Shown one piece after another: positions 42,206 through 50,558 of a DNA stretch of 50,558 nucleotides. Source of the stretch: a virus (taxonomy: Duplodnaviria; Caudoviricetes); the IMG/VR virus record IMGVR_UViG_3300037360_000100, positions 1 through 50,558 of that record; one strand, 5' to 3'. Within the stretch, counting starts at the first letter, position 1. Every line of letters starts with the position of its first letter. The translations under genes and the position numbers were made by a program. The notes beneath the pieces are model-generated. The model saw only the letters and a list, made by a program, of their open reading frames with translations. It was not told where the DNA came from and searched no databases.

Positions 42206-42585
42206 GAATAACCATCGTCGAGAGCCCCTATACCACGCCTAACCGAAGCCGTTTGGAGTGCATCCGGTACGCATGCTGGGCGTGCTTTGACTGCATTGCC
42301 CGCGGGGAGGCGCCCTTTGCGAGCCACCTGCTTTACACGCAGATCTTGCCCGAGACGGATGGCTCCCGCGCCCTGGGTCTCAGAATGCGCGACCGTATTG
42401 CGTTCGCTACCGGCGGCATGATTGCGCGATACACCGACATAGGCGAAACGCCTGGAATGTATCGCGATCAAGACACCACTGCCAAAATTGAAAGCCGAAA
42501 GCTCATAGGCCCTGCGCGGCAGATGTGGCTGAATGGTCTTTGGCCAGCGGCAAGCGCGCGACTTGTGGAGGCACACGGAACATGA
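42202..42585 (+). CDS. Nucleoside deoxyribosyltransferase-like fold protein
   Basis: IVESPY, RGEAPFASHLLYTQ.L, YTD.G.T.GM motifs. Confidence 0.6.
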   Translation: MRITIVESPYTTPNRSRLECIRYACWACFDCIARGEAPFASHLLYTQILPETDGSRALGLRMRDRIAFATGGMIARYTDIGETPGMYRDQDTTAKIESRKLIGPARQMWLNGLWPAASARLVEAHGT

Positions 42586-42800
42586 TAGTAACAAAATACA
42601 AAACGATCGTGACTGAGAGTGGATCTGGTCAATTTGCCTGTGCGTTCACGCGCGATTCCAGAACGCCAGGCCTCGTGACACTATCCACCAAAAACGGATC
42701 TGTCAGTCTACCGGGCAATGCTGAAGATGCTGCGCGGTTGATCGCTGCGTACCGCGCTGCTGTAGAAGAAGACGTCGGTTATCGGAGCGTTGTCGTGTGA
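42582..42800 (+). CDS. Hypothetical protein
   Basis: GGAGG RBS; ATGA/GTGA overlaps. Confidence 0.55.
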   Translation: MIVTKYKTIVTESGSGQFACAFTRDSRTPGLVTLSTKNGSVSLPGNAEDAARLIAAYRAAVEEDVGYRSVVV

Positions 42801-43621
42801 TCAGCGATGCTGTATTTCCCTACCCCGGCGGAAAGTCCCGCGCAGCAGAAATTGTGTGGCAGGCTTTGCGCTCAGTGCATAGCTACGTTGAGCCTTTCTG
42901 CGGAAGTGCGGCCGTGTTTCTTGCGAGGCCAAAACGCCTGCGTTTCGAGACATTAAACGATGCTTCAGGCCATGTCGTGAACTTTCTGCGCGCGGTCAAG
43001 TATGCGCCCGATCTAGTTCTGCCCTGGACTCAAATGCTCCGAGCCGAAGCCGAGCTAGTGGCCTGCGGCAAGTGGCTTGCTTCGCTGGACCTCGCTGCAC
43101 AGCTTAAGGGCGGCCTCGGGTTTTATGACCCGGTTGCGGCGGGTTGCTGGGCTTGGTATCTGTCGTGCTCGATTACCGTCAAGGTTATCGGCAACGAGAA
43201 GCAACAGCCTAGGCTGATTCGCCAGGGTACATTGGGGGACAAACGTCGTGTCACGCTACCAGACGACCTAGCGCGCATAAGTGAAAGCCTTCAAGACACG
43301 CGTCTCTTGTGTGGCGACTGGAAAGCCTGCCTAGGACCAGCGAACCACCAAGACAGCTGGCACACAGACCCAGTGGGTGTGTTCTTCGATCCACCCTACA
43401 AGGGATTCGAATGCTACAACGACGGCGCGGCTGGTATTGCGGCTGATGTGGCTGGCTGGTGCAAAGAGCACGGTGCGGATCCTGCGTACCGGATTGTTCT
43501 GTGCGGCTACGAGGGCGAGCATGACTTGCCCGGCTGGTATCAGATACCGTGGGGGACACTTGGACGTGTCGCAAAGAAGCGCCAGGAAATTCTGTGGGCT
43601 AGCCCGACATGTGCAGACTAG
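42797..43621 (+). CDS. dam: DNA adenine methyltransferase (D12/Dam class)
   Basis: FPYPGGKS, YVEPFCGSAAV, LND, DPPY. Confidence 0.88.
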   Translation: MISDAVFPYPGGKSRAAEIVWQALRSVHSYVEPFCGSAAVFLARPKRLRFETLNDASGHVVNFLRAVKYAPDLVLPWTQMLRAEAELVACGKWLASLDLAAQLKGGLGFYDPVAAGCWAWYLSCSITVKVIGNEKQQPRLIRQGTLGDKRRVTLPDDLARISESLQDTRLLCGDWKACLGPANHQDSWHTDPVGVFFDPPYKGFECYNDGAAGIAADVAGWCKEHGADPAYRIVLCGYEGEHDLPGWYQIPWGTLGRVAKKRQEILWASPTCAD

Positions 43622-43633
43622 AAACGAGTACTT

Positions 43634-44179
43634 ATGGCCGCCGACGCAAGACACATGGCATCCGACGCACACCGCAGAACGCCCGATCACATATTGGCTG
43701 CTACGCGCTGTGTTCTGGGAGCGATCGACCTGGACCCGGCCAGCGACGCCAATGCAAACACACATGTGCAGGCCCAGGTTTTTTGGAGCGAAGAAGGACT
43801 TTTCCGTGACTGGTCTGGCTTCGATGGGTGCCCCTCGCGCGTGTGGCTGAATCCACCGGGCGGGATGCTGAACATGCCTAGTTACCGTGGGTCAAGTGCG
43901 GCCGCTTGGTGGGCCAAGCTTCATAGTGAGTTCAGTCTGGGCCACGTAGGCGAAGCACTGTTTCTGGGCTTTACTCTTGAAATAATGCGCACAGCACAGC
44001 GTTTTGCGTGCCCGCCGCCGCAGATGTATCCGTATTGCATACCTAAAGCTCGGCTCGAATTCCCGTCCAGCAATGGCGCCGGATCTAGTTCACCTGCGGC
44101 AGCAAGTGCGGTTTTCTATCTTGGTCCTAATACGGATCGGTTCCGCAAGGTTTTTGGCCTGATTGGCTGGTGTACGTGA
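43634..44179 (+). CDS. Phage N6-adenine methyltransferase-like protein, NPPG variant
   Basis: TP, IDLDPAS, GL..W, VWLNPPG, W..KL, R..F. Confidence 0.7.
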   Translation: MAADARHMASDAHRRTPDHILAATRCVLGAIDLDPASDANANTHVQAQVFWSEEGLFRDWSGFDGCPSRVWLNPPGGMLNMPSYRGSSAAAWWAKLHSEFSLGHVGEALFLGFTLEIMRTAQRFACPPPQMYPYCIPKARLEFPSSNGAGSSSPAAASAVFYLGPNTDRFRKVFGLIGWCT

Positions 44180-46215
44180 ACCAATATCTAGCCCTCGACA
44201 CAGAAACCTTTCTGATGCGTCAAGGATACATGGCGCCGCACGTGGTGTGCGTGTCTTGGGCCTGGCAAGGACAGTCCGGGCTGATTCACCACACCGAAGC
44301 CGAGGCCTGGCTACATGAGGCTTTTGACTCAGGTGTGGGGTTGGTTGGTGCGAACATGCCCTATGACATGTCTTGCATCGGCATGACTTGGCCTAGCCTG
44401 TGGCCGAAAATCTGGCAGGCCTACAACACCGAACGTGTGTTCGATGTGCTGGTCAGGCAGAAGCTCCAAGACCTGGCCCGCGGAATCTACCGAGGTTTCC
44501 GGTCCGACAAAGGCCTTTGGATCCCCCTTAACTACAGCCTGGATGCAGTACAACACAGGTACACCAAGACCCACCTGGATAAATCTTCAGACACATGGCG
44601 CCTTCGTTACAGCGAGTTGCACCCGGTACCGCTTGATCAGTGGCCCGAGGCCGCGAAAACCTACGCGGTAGACGATGCGATCACGACCCTGAAGGCCTTC
44701 GAAGGCCAAGAGGCTAGAGCCCTCGAGGACCGTCTTGGGTCCTGGTACCACGTGGATCAGCACGCACAGTTCCGCGCCGATTGGTGGTTGCACCTGGCGA
44801 GCGTGGTCGGTATCCACACCAGCGCCGACGCTGTGGCGAAACTGAAAGACGCGGCCGGCGCGGAAATGCAGCACCTGTGCACCTTGCTTGAAGACGAAGG
44901 CCTTCTTTTGGCGGGCATCAAAAAACGCAAGGCCGTGCAAGCTCGGTTCAAACATCTGGCGGATACCGAGGGCATTAAGCTACGTATGACGGTCGAAAAG
45001 CGAAGCAAGAAAGGCCGACCGATAGACAAGAAAACGGGCCTAGAAAAGCCTTTCATGCCGCAGATCTGCACGGACTCAGACGCCTGCATTGAATCCGCCG
45101 ACCCGATTCTAATTGCCTTCAGTGAGTACGTGTCAGCACAAAAGACTTTCGGGGCTGAGTGCGAGGCCTATGGTCGGGGCACCGAGTTACCCCTACATAC
45201 ACGTTTTGAGGTGCTCGCGGCTACCGGTCGAACAACGTCCAGCGGTCAGAAAGTGGACGGTCAACAGGTCGGAACCAACACACAGAACGTGAGAAGCCGC
45301 CCCGGCGTACGTGAATGCTTCGTTCCCAGGCCGGGTAACGCGTTCATTTGTTGCGACTACGATATGGCCGAATTGCGCGGCCTGGCCCAGGTCTGCATCT
45401 CGACCCTAGGCCAGAGCCGTCTTGGCGAGATGCTGAACGACGGCGCCGACGTGCACCTAGAGTTTGCCTCGCGCATGCTGCACATGAGTTACGAGGACAC
45501 GGTTAAGCGGTATAAGAAACGAAAACAAAACCCAGACGAGCCCATCGAACCGCGCACCGGCACGCCCGTTATCTACAACGCCAGGCAGACCGGAAAGGTC
45601 AATAATTTCGGACGCCCGGGTGGTATGGGCGATGCCAAACTTGTGTTTGCGGCCCGCAAGCAGTACGGGGTAGTTATCACGGTAGACGAAAGCCGCGCCT
45701 TGAAACGGGTGTGGCTGGATATGCTGCCAGAAATGCCTCACTACTTCCGCATGATCAACTCGTGGGGTCGAGATAATGACTACACGGTCGAACACCTGTG
45801 GACCAATTTACTGCGCAGCAACATCCCCTACTGCGCGGCCTGTAACAGCCCATTTCAAGGGCTCGTTGCAACCATGATGAAAAATGCCGGTTATCTGATT
45901 TCTCACGCCTGCTACGCAGAGCCGGATTCACCCCTATACGGCTGCTTGGTTGTGAACGAGGTTCACGACGAAATCGTGGTTGAGGCACCAATCGAACGCA
46001 TCGGTCTTGTTGCGCCCGAGGTCAAGCGTCTTTGGGTTGCAGGCGCAGCCCCGTACCTTCCCGACGTACCTCCGACGGCAAGCCCAGTGGCTATGAATGT
46101 GTGGAGCAAAAATGCCGAGGCTGTATTTAGTTCGGCCGGCGCTATGGTTCCGTGGCGTCTGCTAGGAGATTACAACGAGCCGACGTTCGATTTGAATGGC
46201 ACACAAATCAATTGA
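44176..46215 (+). CDS. polA: Family A DNA polymerase with 3'-5' exonuclease
   Basis: DTET, N..YD, YA..D (exo); TGR.SS, DY...ELR (A), R..GK..NFG (B), N.PFQG, VHDE (C). Confidence 0.93.
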   Translation: MNQYLALDTETFLMRQGYMAPHVVCVSWAWQGQSGLIHHTEAEAWLHEAFDSGVGLVGANMPYDMSCIGMTWPSLWPKIWQAYNTERVFDVLVRQKLQDLARGIYRGFRSDKGLWIPLNYSLDAVQHRYTKTHLDKSSDTWRLRYSELHPVPLDQWPEAAKTYAVDDAITTLKAFEGQEARALEDRLGSWYHVDQHAQFRADWWLHLASVVGIHTSADAVAKLKDAAGAEMQHLCTLLEDEGLLLAGIKKRKAVQARFKHLADTEGIKLRMTVEKRSKKGRPIDKKTGLEKPFMPQICTDSDACIESADPILIAFSEYVSAQKTFGAECEAYGRGTELPLHTRFEVLAATGRTTSSGQKVDGQQVGTNTQNVRSRPGVRECFVPRPGNAFICCDYDMAELRGLAQVCISTLGQSRLGEMLNDGADVHLEFASRMLHMSYEDTVKRYKKRKQNPDEPIEPRTGTPVIYNARQTGKVNNFGRPGGMGDAKLVFAARKQYGVVITVDESRALKRVWLDMLPEMPHYFRMINSWGRDNDYTVEHLWTNLLRSNIPYCAACNSPFQGLVATMMKNAGYLISHACYAEPDSPLYGCLVVNEVHDEIVVEAPIERIGLVAPEVKRLWVAGAAPYLPDVPPTASPVAMNVWSKNAEAVFSSAGAMVPWRLLGDYNEPTFDLNGTQIN

Positions 46216-46420
46216 CTCTGGGGCATTTCCCTGTCACACTGCAAGAGAGATCCAGATGTACTTTAATGCTGTGCGAGGGTGCGAGGGCTGTTGGTGCGAC
46301 GATCAAGGACGCGTGATCCAAAACTGTGCGATAGCAAGACAAAGGATGCTTTACCATTACGGGCCACCTGCATACTCTGTTGACCCGCTACGAACGAAGG
46401 ACAGCTATTGCGCACTATAG
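46196..46420 (+). CDS. Small Cys-rich hypothetical protein
   Basis: 74 aa with CxxCxC; fills the gap between polA and the RuvC-like gene. Confidence 0.4.
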   Translation: MAHKSIDSGAFPCHTAREIQMYFNAVRGCEGCWCDDQGRVIQNCAIARQRMLYHYGPPAYSVDPLRTKDSYCAL

Positions 46421-46965
46421 CCATCGACCCTGGCGCAATTGCGGGTGTAGCGTCTGCGATCGGGTCCACCTTGGTTGACGTCCAAGTCATGCGCCTAAAT
46501 CCGTCCTACGCGGCCTACAATTGGTGGAATGACCACAGACCGGTTCTTACACACACAGGCAGTGGCACGATCGTCGGCCGTGGTAACCGTTTGATCGCGC
46601 AGGCAATCGAGCACGGCAAGGAAGTACAACGTCGCTTTAGTTTGCTGCACCCCATGCCCTGCGACCGGGCAATCGGTGAAAAGCCCCTTCTGACTCAGCA
46701 CAGGCCGGTCAACTCAAGCCCGGACATAATCACCCGAGGCAACGACCTGATTCAGACGGCGATCCGCCTGGGTGTGTACCTGGAGGCCTGCCAAACCAGC
46801 GATGTGACCCTGGTTTACCCAGGCCAGTGGAAGGGCCAGGTTCCGAAAGACATCCACAACCGACGCGTCTTGGCCAAGCTTACGCCCGCCGAGCGGGCCT
46901 TGGTTCCGAACGACCACAACGCAATCGACGCAACAGGCCTACTACTGTGGGCTCTGGAAAGGTAG
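46408..46965 (+). CDS. RuvC-like (RNase H fold) Holliday junction resolvase
   Basis: AIDPG, E.P, P..WKG..PK, HN..DA.GL. Confidence 0.7.
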   Translation: MRTIAIDPGAIAGVASAIGSTLVDVQVMRLNPSYAAYNWWNDHRPVLTHTGSGTIVGRGNRLIAQAIEHGKEVQRRFSLLHPMPCDRAIGEKPLLTQHRPVNSSPDIITRGNDLIQTAIRLGVYLEACQTSDVTLVYPGQWKGQVPKDIHNRRVLAKLTPAERALVPNDHNAIDATGLLLWALER

Positions 46966-46971
46966 ACCGAA

Positions 46972-47538
46972 GTGCAAGTAAAAGAACACCCAGCAGCAGC
47001 CGAGCACAGGGCGAAAATCGCCCTGATTCAACCCTGTCAAATCACGGACCAGGAAAGCCTTGACGGTGCTACGGTCGTGCTTAAGCAGGTCAATGCAAGG
47101 CTTAAAGAACTTGAAGCCGAGCTTAAAAGCTTCACCGAGCCACACAGGGAGGCTGAGGCCAAGGTCCGCTCCTGGTTCCGCCCGGGGATTGACGCAGGCA
47201 AAGAGCTAGTGACCCTTCTGAAGGGCAAGATCGGCGCCTACCACCTTGAGCAGCAACGACTACAGACCGCCGCCCTGGCCGCTGCTGCAGAGCAGTTCAA
47301 GGCGGGCCAGGTCGAGTCGGGTACAACGGCCTTGGCAGCCGTGCCCGAGGCGCCTACCGCGTCCAAGGGCGTCGGCGTGCGCATGGTTGAAAAGTTCCGG
47401 ATTGTGAACCCCGACCTGGTACCACGTGAAGCTTGCAGCCCAGACGAATCCAAAATCAAAGCGCTGCGCGCACTAGGGAGCGAAGTGCCAGGCGTTGAAT
47501 TCTACCAAGATACCCAAGTTGCAGTGAGGTTGAAATGA
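46972..47538 (+). CDS. Coiled-coil protein with PGVEF C-terminus (phage recombination-module type)
   Basis: Long helical region, V..D.VPRE...PDE.KI, VPGVEF. Confidence 0.55.
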   Translation: MQVKEHPAAAEHRAKIALIQPCQITDQESLDGATVVLKQVNARLKELEAELKSFTEPHREAEAKVRSWFRPGIDAGKELVTLLKGKIGAYHLEQQRLQTAALAAAAEQFKAGQVESGTTALAAVPEAPTASKGVGVRMVEKFRIVNPDLVPREACSPDESKIKALRALGSEVPGVEFYQDTQVAVRLK

Positions 47539-47807
47539 AAGACCTAAACAGCGTCGGCTACGGCTCAGCGTACACAATGCCTGTTGCGACTGCGTGCGTG
47601 GACGACACCGTCGAGCACCCTGTGCACTACACCAGGCACCCGTCAGGCGTTGAGTGTATCCAGGTGACCGAACACATGAACTTCTGTCTAGGCAACGCGG
47701 TCAAGTACCTCTGGCGCGCCGGTCTCAAGGGACCCACTTTGGAGGACCTCAAAAAAGCACGCTGGTATATAGACCGCGAAATTGAGCGGCTTACGCCCAA
47801 GCCGTAG
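47535..47807 (+). CDS. DUF3310 (T7 gp1.7 nucleotide kinase-like) protein
   Basis: V.HP.HY, ECI, F.LGNA.KYLWRAG.K...EDL.KA.WY. Confidence 0.88.
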   Translation: MKDLNSVGYGSAYTMPVATACVDDTVEHPVHYTRHPSGVECIQVTEHMNFCLGNAVKYLWRAGLKGPTLEDLKKARWYIDREIERLTPKP

Positions 47808-48600
47808 AAGTGACCTTAGCGCGTGCATTGAAGTAGTACACGCCCGGGATATCATCAGATCCGGACACAGCGCCAGTAATAAGGGCGTAAAATCGGGTCT
47901 GGTGTGTCGCGTCACCTACGAAAGACGCTAGGCTAATAGGCATTGCCGGCGTATATGTAACGTAGTGTTTAAGCTGAAATTGGCCGTAGGTGGAGCTTGT
48001 GTCGGTCTGGTACCCCAGCTCGTCCACAACAACCGGATCAAGGTCGAGGCCTCCCGCACTGTGCACGGTCTGAAGCGAAAGGCGCGGAAGGCTCGATGGT
48101 AGTGAAGTACCCCACGCACCTGAGCCCATGACTTGAATCGAAAGCTCAGTTAACAGGCCATCCTTGGGGAGTATGTCACTCAGGTCTATGGCCCACACGC
48201 GGGCCGAGCCAAACTGAGCAAGCACGGGCTGGTAGTGGTTGCCTGAGCCGAAAATCGTTCCGGCCCCTACGACTTCCGACGTGTGCGCAGGGTTTTCGAT
48301 CGCCGGCGTGCCGTCGGTTACGTCAACTGCGCGCTCGATCGGGATCAGAACGACGCGCGGAGTTGCGCTTAGACTCAGGGGAATTGCCTCGCGCAGGTAC
48401 GCGAGCCAATCGCCAAAACCGCCTAGAATGAAGTTCATGACGCGGCCGCCAAACTTGCGCCCGCCGATCACGCCCTGGGAAATGGCCGTCGACGGGTCTA
48501 GGCGCGTGCTTAGCCCAGCTTCGGGCAATCCAGCCGTGACGGTTGCGTCTGTTGCGGGGAGTGGAAGGGCTTGGCTGGGGACTGGTAGGCCTGTTGTCAT
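47791..48600 (-). CDS. Tail fibre-like protein
   Basis: Follows the baseplate wedge gene; P......G....MNF.L....WL.YL N-terminal pattern; ATGA overlap. Confidence 0.6.
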   Translation of the reverse strand: MTTGLPVPSQALPLPATDATVTAGLPEAGLSTRLDPSTAISQGVIGGRKFGGRVMNFILGGFGDWLAYLREAIPLSLSATPRVVLIPIERAVDVTDGTPAIENPAHTSEVVGAGTIFGSGNHYQPVLAQFGSARVWAIDLSDILPKDGLLTELSIQVMGSGAWGTSLPSSLPRLSLQTVHSAGGLDLDPVVVDELGYQTDTSSTYGQFQLKHYVTYTPAMPISLASFVGDATHQTRFYALITGAVSGSDDIPGVYYFNARAKVTSTAWA

Positions 48601-49166
48601 AGGGAGTAGCTCCAAAGGCCGGCGGTGCTCAGGCCCGCGGCCGTGTCAAATCCACCTGGCACGGTCATGTCCGCGGTTGCGATTGCAAATTCAAAGGCCG
48701 GCGCGCTAGACTGTAGCAGGTAGATAGGCACGCCACCAGGCGCGGCCCGCTGCAACAGGGTGTGCGCGACTTCGCGAAATTCCGCGGTCATGGCGTCGGA
48801 CGTGTAAATCTGGATGGTCGTACCCCACTCGTCGTAAGTGAAGCTCGAAAAGAGGATACCAGCCACGGCCAGGAGGTCCGTGAACTTGCCTTGGCTCCGG
48901 TTGACCCGAATGCGGGCCTGAATTAAGGCTCGGTAAGTGGTGTCGTCGCCAAGTCTTGGCTGCCCGACCTTGCGACCAATCCAGTCAAGGCGAAACCCGG
49001 TGGCCGTGTCTGGGTTGAAGGCGTCGCGCACCGCGAAAATGGCGTCCTCAATGTGCTGTATTTGCCACAGGTAGCAGGCCAAACGCGCCAGGAACTTATG
49101 TCGGCCCCTGTACTGGGATACGACCTTGGAGGTCCCGTCAGTGATGTGATCGATGGTTGGAATCAT
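48597..49166 (-). CDS. Baseplate wedge protein (DUF2612 / P2 gpI-like)
   Basis: SQY, A.G..LD.IG..VG..R, DD..YR..I.ARI..N.S.G, P.GV. Confidence 0.82.
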   Translation of the reverse strand: MIPTIDHITDGTSKVVSQYRGRHKFLARLACYLWQIQHIEDAIFAVRDAFNPDTATGFRLDWIGRKVGQPRLGDDTTYRALIQARIRVNRSQGKFTDLLAVAGILFSSFTYDEWGTTIQIYTSDAMTAEFREVAHTLLQRAAPGGVPIYLLQSSAPAFEFAIATADMTVPGGFDTAAGLSTAGLWSYSL

Positions 49167-49384
49167 AGAAACTTCCAGAGGGCCAGACCGAAACTAGCCA
49201 AAGAAACCCCGATTGAAACGGCCCAGCGAACCCGGCTACGGCGCAGGGTTGCTTGAAACGACTTGGCCGCGTCGTACTCGGCCTGCGCCTTAACGTGTAG
49301 GTCAAACGCCGTCCTAAGGCTCGTGACGCCCTCAGAGATAGAGTCAAGCCGCTCCAAAATGTGCAGTTCAAGGGTTGAAGTCAT
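49163..49384 (-). CDS. Small coiled-coil protein with C-terminal transmembrane segment
   Basis: 73 aa; ATGA overlaps at both ends. Confidence 0.6.
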   Translation of the reverse strand: MTSTLELHILERLDSISEGVTSLRTAFDLHVKAQAEYDAAKSFQATLRRSRVRWAVSIGVSLASFGLALWKFL

Positions 49385-50558
49385 ATCGTCACGGCATCAC
49401 TGCAGATACCAAAAGATCCTACCCTACTTACACCAGATGAGCCACCCAAGTCGATAGCGGTTACCGCATTTGTTGCGCGATCAATCCGGTACACGTGGTT
49501 GCGGCCGGCGACTGCGCTTGCCCTTGTGTCGCACACGTACAAGTATTGGCCGCCATCCCAAGCGATTCCCTGTAGAGTTTGCGCCGTGCCTTCAAGCGTA
49601 ACCGCGCCGGCTGTCGTAAAAGCTGCTACGTTCTCAACTACGACCACACCGGAATAGTGTGTTGCCCATATATGGCCAGTATCTTCCCACGCCATCCAGT
49701 TTGACATAGGGCTGGAAGGCATTTCTCCGGCATAGTCATAAGTGGATATGGCAAGCCTTTGGGTTGCTTCTGGCGTGCTCTTGCAGTACCAGACAAACCC
49801 ATTGTGGTCCCATGTAATAGCCCGCACCGCTGGCGCACCGACCAAGTTGCCATCCACCGCACCGGTTGATACGAGAATGCGGCTCAAATCCAGCCCAGCG
49901 GCGTGGGTGACGTGCATATGCGCTGCGCCGTCCCAGGCCATACCGGTTCCGCAGTTGACAGAAATCACCAGATCAACTACTTTGGAGGTCACGCCAATAC
50001 GATGCACCGTGTTGTTTCCGCCGCACGCGACGTAAACGTGACTTGCATGATCCCAGGCGACGTCCACGGGGGTTGTGCCCACGCTAACGGTATCGGTCAC
50101 GGCACCAGAAAATACGTCGATGCGTGACACGGTGTTAGAACCGGAGTTGCATACCCAGATGCCAGCTGTGCCGTCAAAGGCCAGGCCTTTTGGCGCCGAT
50201 CCAACTGTGATATTACGCACGAGCGACCCTGAACGAATACTAACCTGAGATACCGTGCCGTCGTCTACGTTAGACACCCACATCGAACGACTGGCGACAT
50301 TGCGCTTCAAACCGGCCAGCACTATCAAGCTGGTCGGAGAATTAGGTCCAGGGTACCCAGCGCCGTTGTCAAAGTTTGCGGCCGACCACTGGTACTTAAC
50401 ACCAGTCACAGAATCCACAGCTTGGTGGAGGACTGGGCTGACACCCGCGCCTTGCAGTCCGGCCAGCACTATCAAGCTGGTCGGAGAATTAGGTCCAGGG
50501 TACCCAGCGCCGTTGTCAAAGTTTGCGGCCGACCACTGGTACTTAACACCAGTCACAG
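49381..50558 (-). CDS. Beta-propeller (YVTN/Vgb-like) virion protein; 3' part of the gene starting at 123
   Basis: Repeats of VG..P.G.A[WF]DG...[IV]WV.N....TVSRI; duplicated 49-aa N-terminal module. Confidence 0.78.
   Translation of the reverse strand, partial: VTGVKYQWSAANFDNGAGYPGPNSPTSLIVLAGLQGAGVSPVLHQAVDSVTGVKYQWSAANFDNGAGYPGPNSPTSLIVLAGLKRNVASRSMWVSNVDDGTVSQVSIRSGSLVRNITVGSAPKGLAFDGTAGIWVCNSGSNTVSRIDVFSGAVTDTVSVGTTPVDVAWDHASHVYVACGGNNTVHRIGVTSKVVDLVISVNCGTGMAWDGAAHMHVTHAAGLDLSRILVSTGAVDGNLVGAPAVRAITWDHNGFVWYCKSTPEATQRLAISTYDYAGEMPSSPMSNWMAWEDTGHIWATHYSGVVVVENVAAFTTAGAVTLEGTAQTLQGIAWDGGQYLYVCDTRASAVAGRNHVYRIDRATNAVTAIDLGGSSGVSRVGSFGICSDAVTI
50317..50558. repeat. 147-bp-period tandem duplication (49 aa)
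   Basis: 50317-50411 equals 50464-50558. Confidence 0.93.

Overview
The window looks like an essentially complete ~50.5 kb contractile-tailed (myovirus-type) phage genome, circularly permuted: bases 1-95 are identical to 50464-50558, and a beta-propeller gene reads across that junction. The minus strand (30520 down to 1, then 50558 down to 47791) carries the late region. It runs terS-like, three tandem hexapeptide-repeat genes, terL, small ORFs, DUF1073-type portal, glycosyltransferase-TPR, a 928-aa multi-domain MuF minor head protein, a lipoprotein/papain-peptidase/holin-like cassette, DUF2213 protease-scaffold, decoration protein, DUF2184-type major capsid, neck, sheath, tube, chaperone, tape measure, baseplate and fibre genes. 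The region 31123-47807 is the early/replication region: primase-helicase, PD-(D/E)XK nuclease, oligoribonuclease, SF2 helicase, three methyltransferases, PolA, RuvC-like and DUF3310. I see no integrase, reverse transcriptase, CRISPR array or classical endolysin. The best candidate for a new system is a capsid-cargo code. A [RKHN]-x-D|[GAS] site recurs in the portal, capsid, scaffold and MuF proteins. It directly precedes either a FDxxxPRDExG[RQ][WF]T tag (three cassettes inside MuF, including ADP-ribosyltransferase-like and GNAT-like domains) or a GGEGSGVxGHTT tag (two otherwise unrelated small genes inserted in the tail module). Other notable items are a triplicated beta-helix gene whose 18-bp units vary only non-synonymously, an 82-bp-arm palindrome between divergent promoters, a 56-nt tRNA-like element and many tandem duplications. 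All family assignments come from motif recognition and gene order, not database searches.
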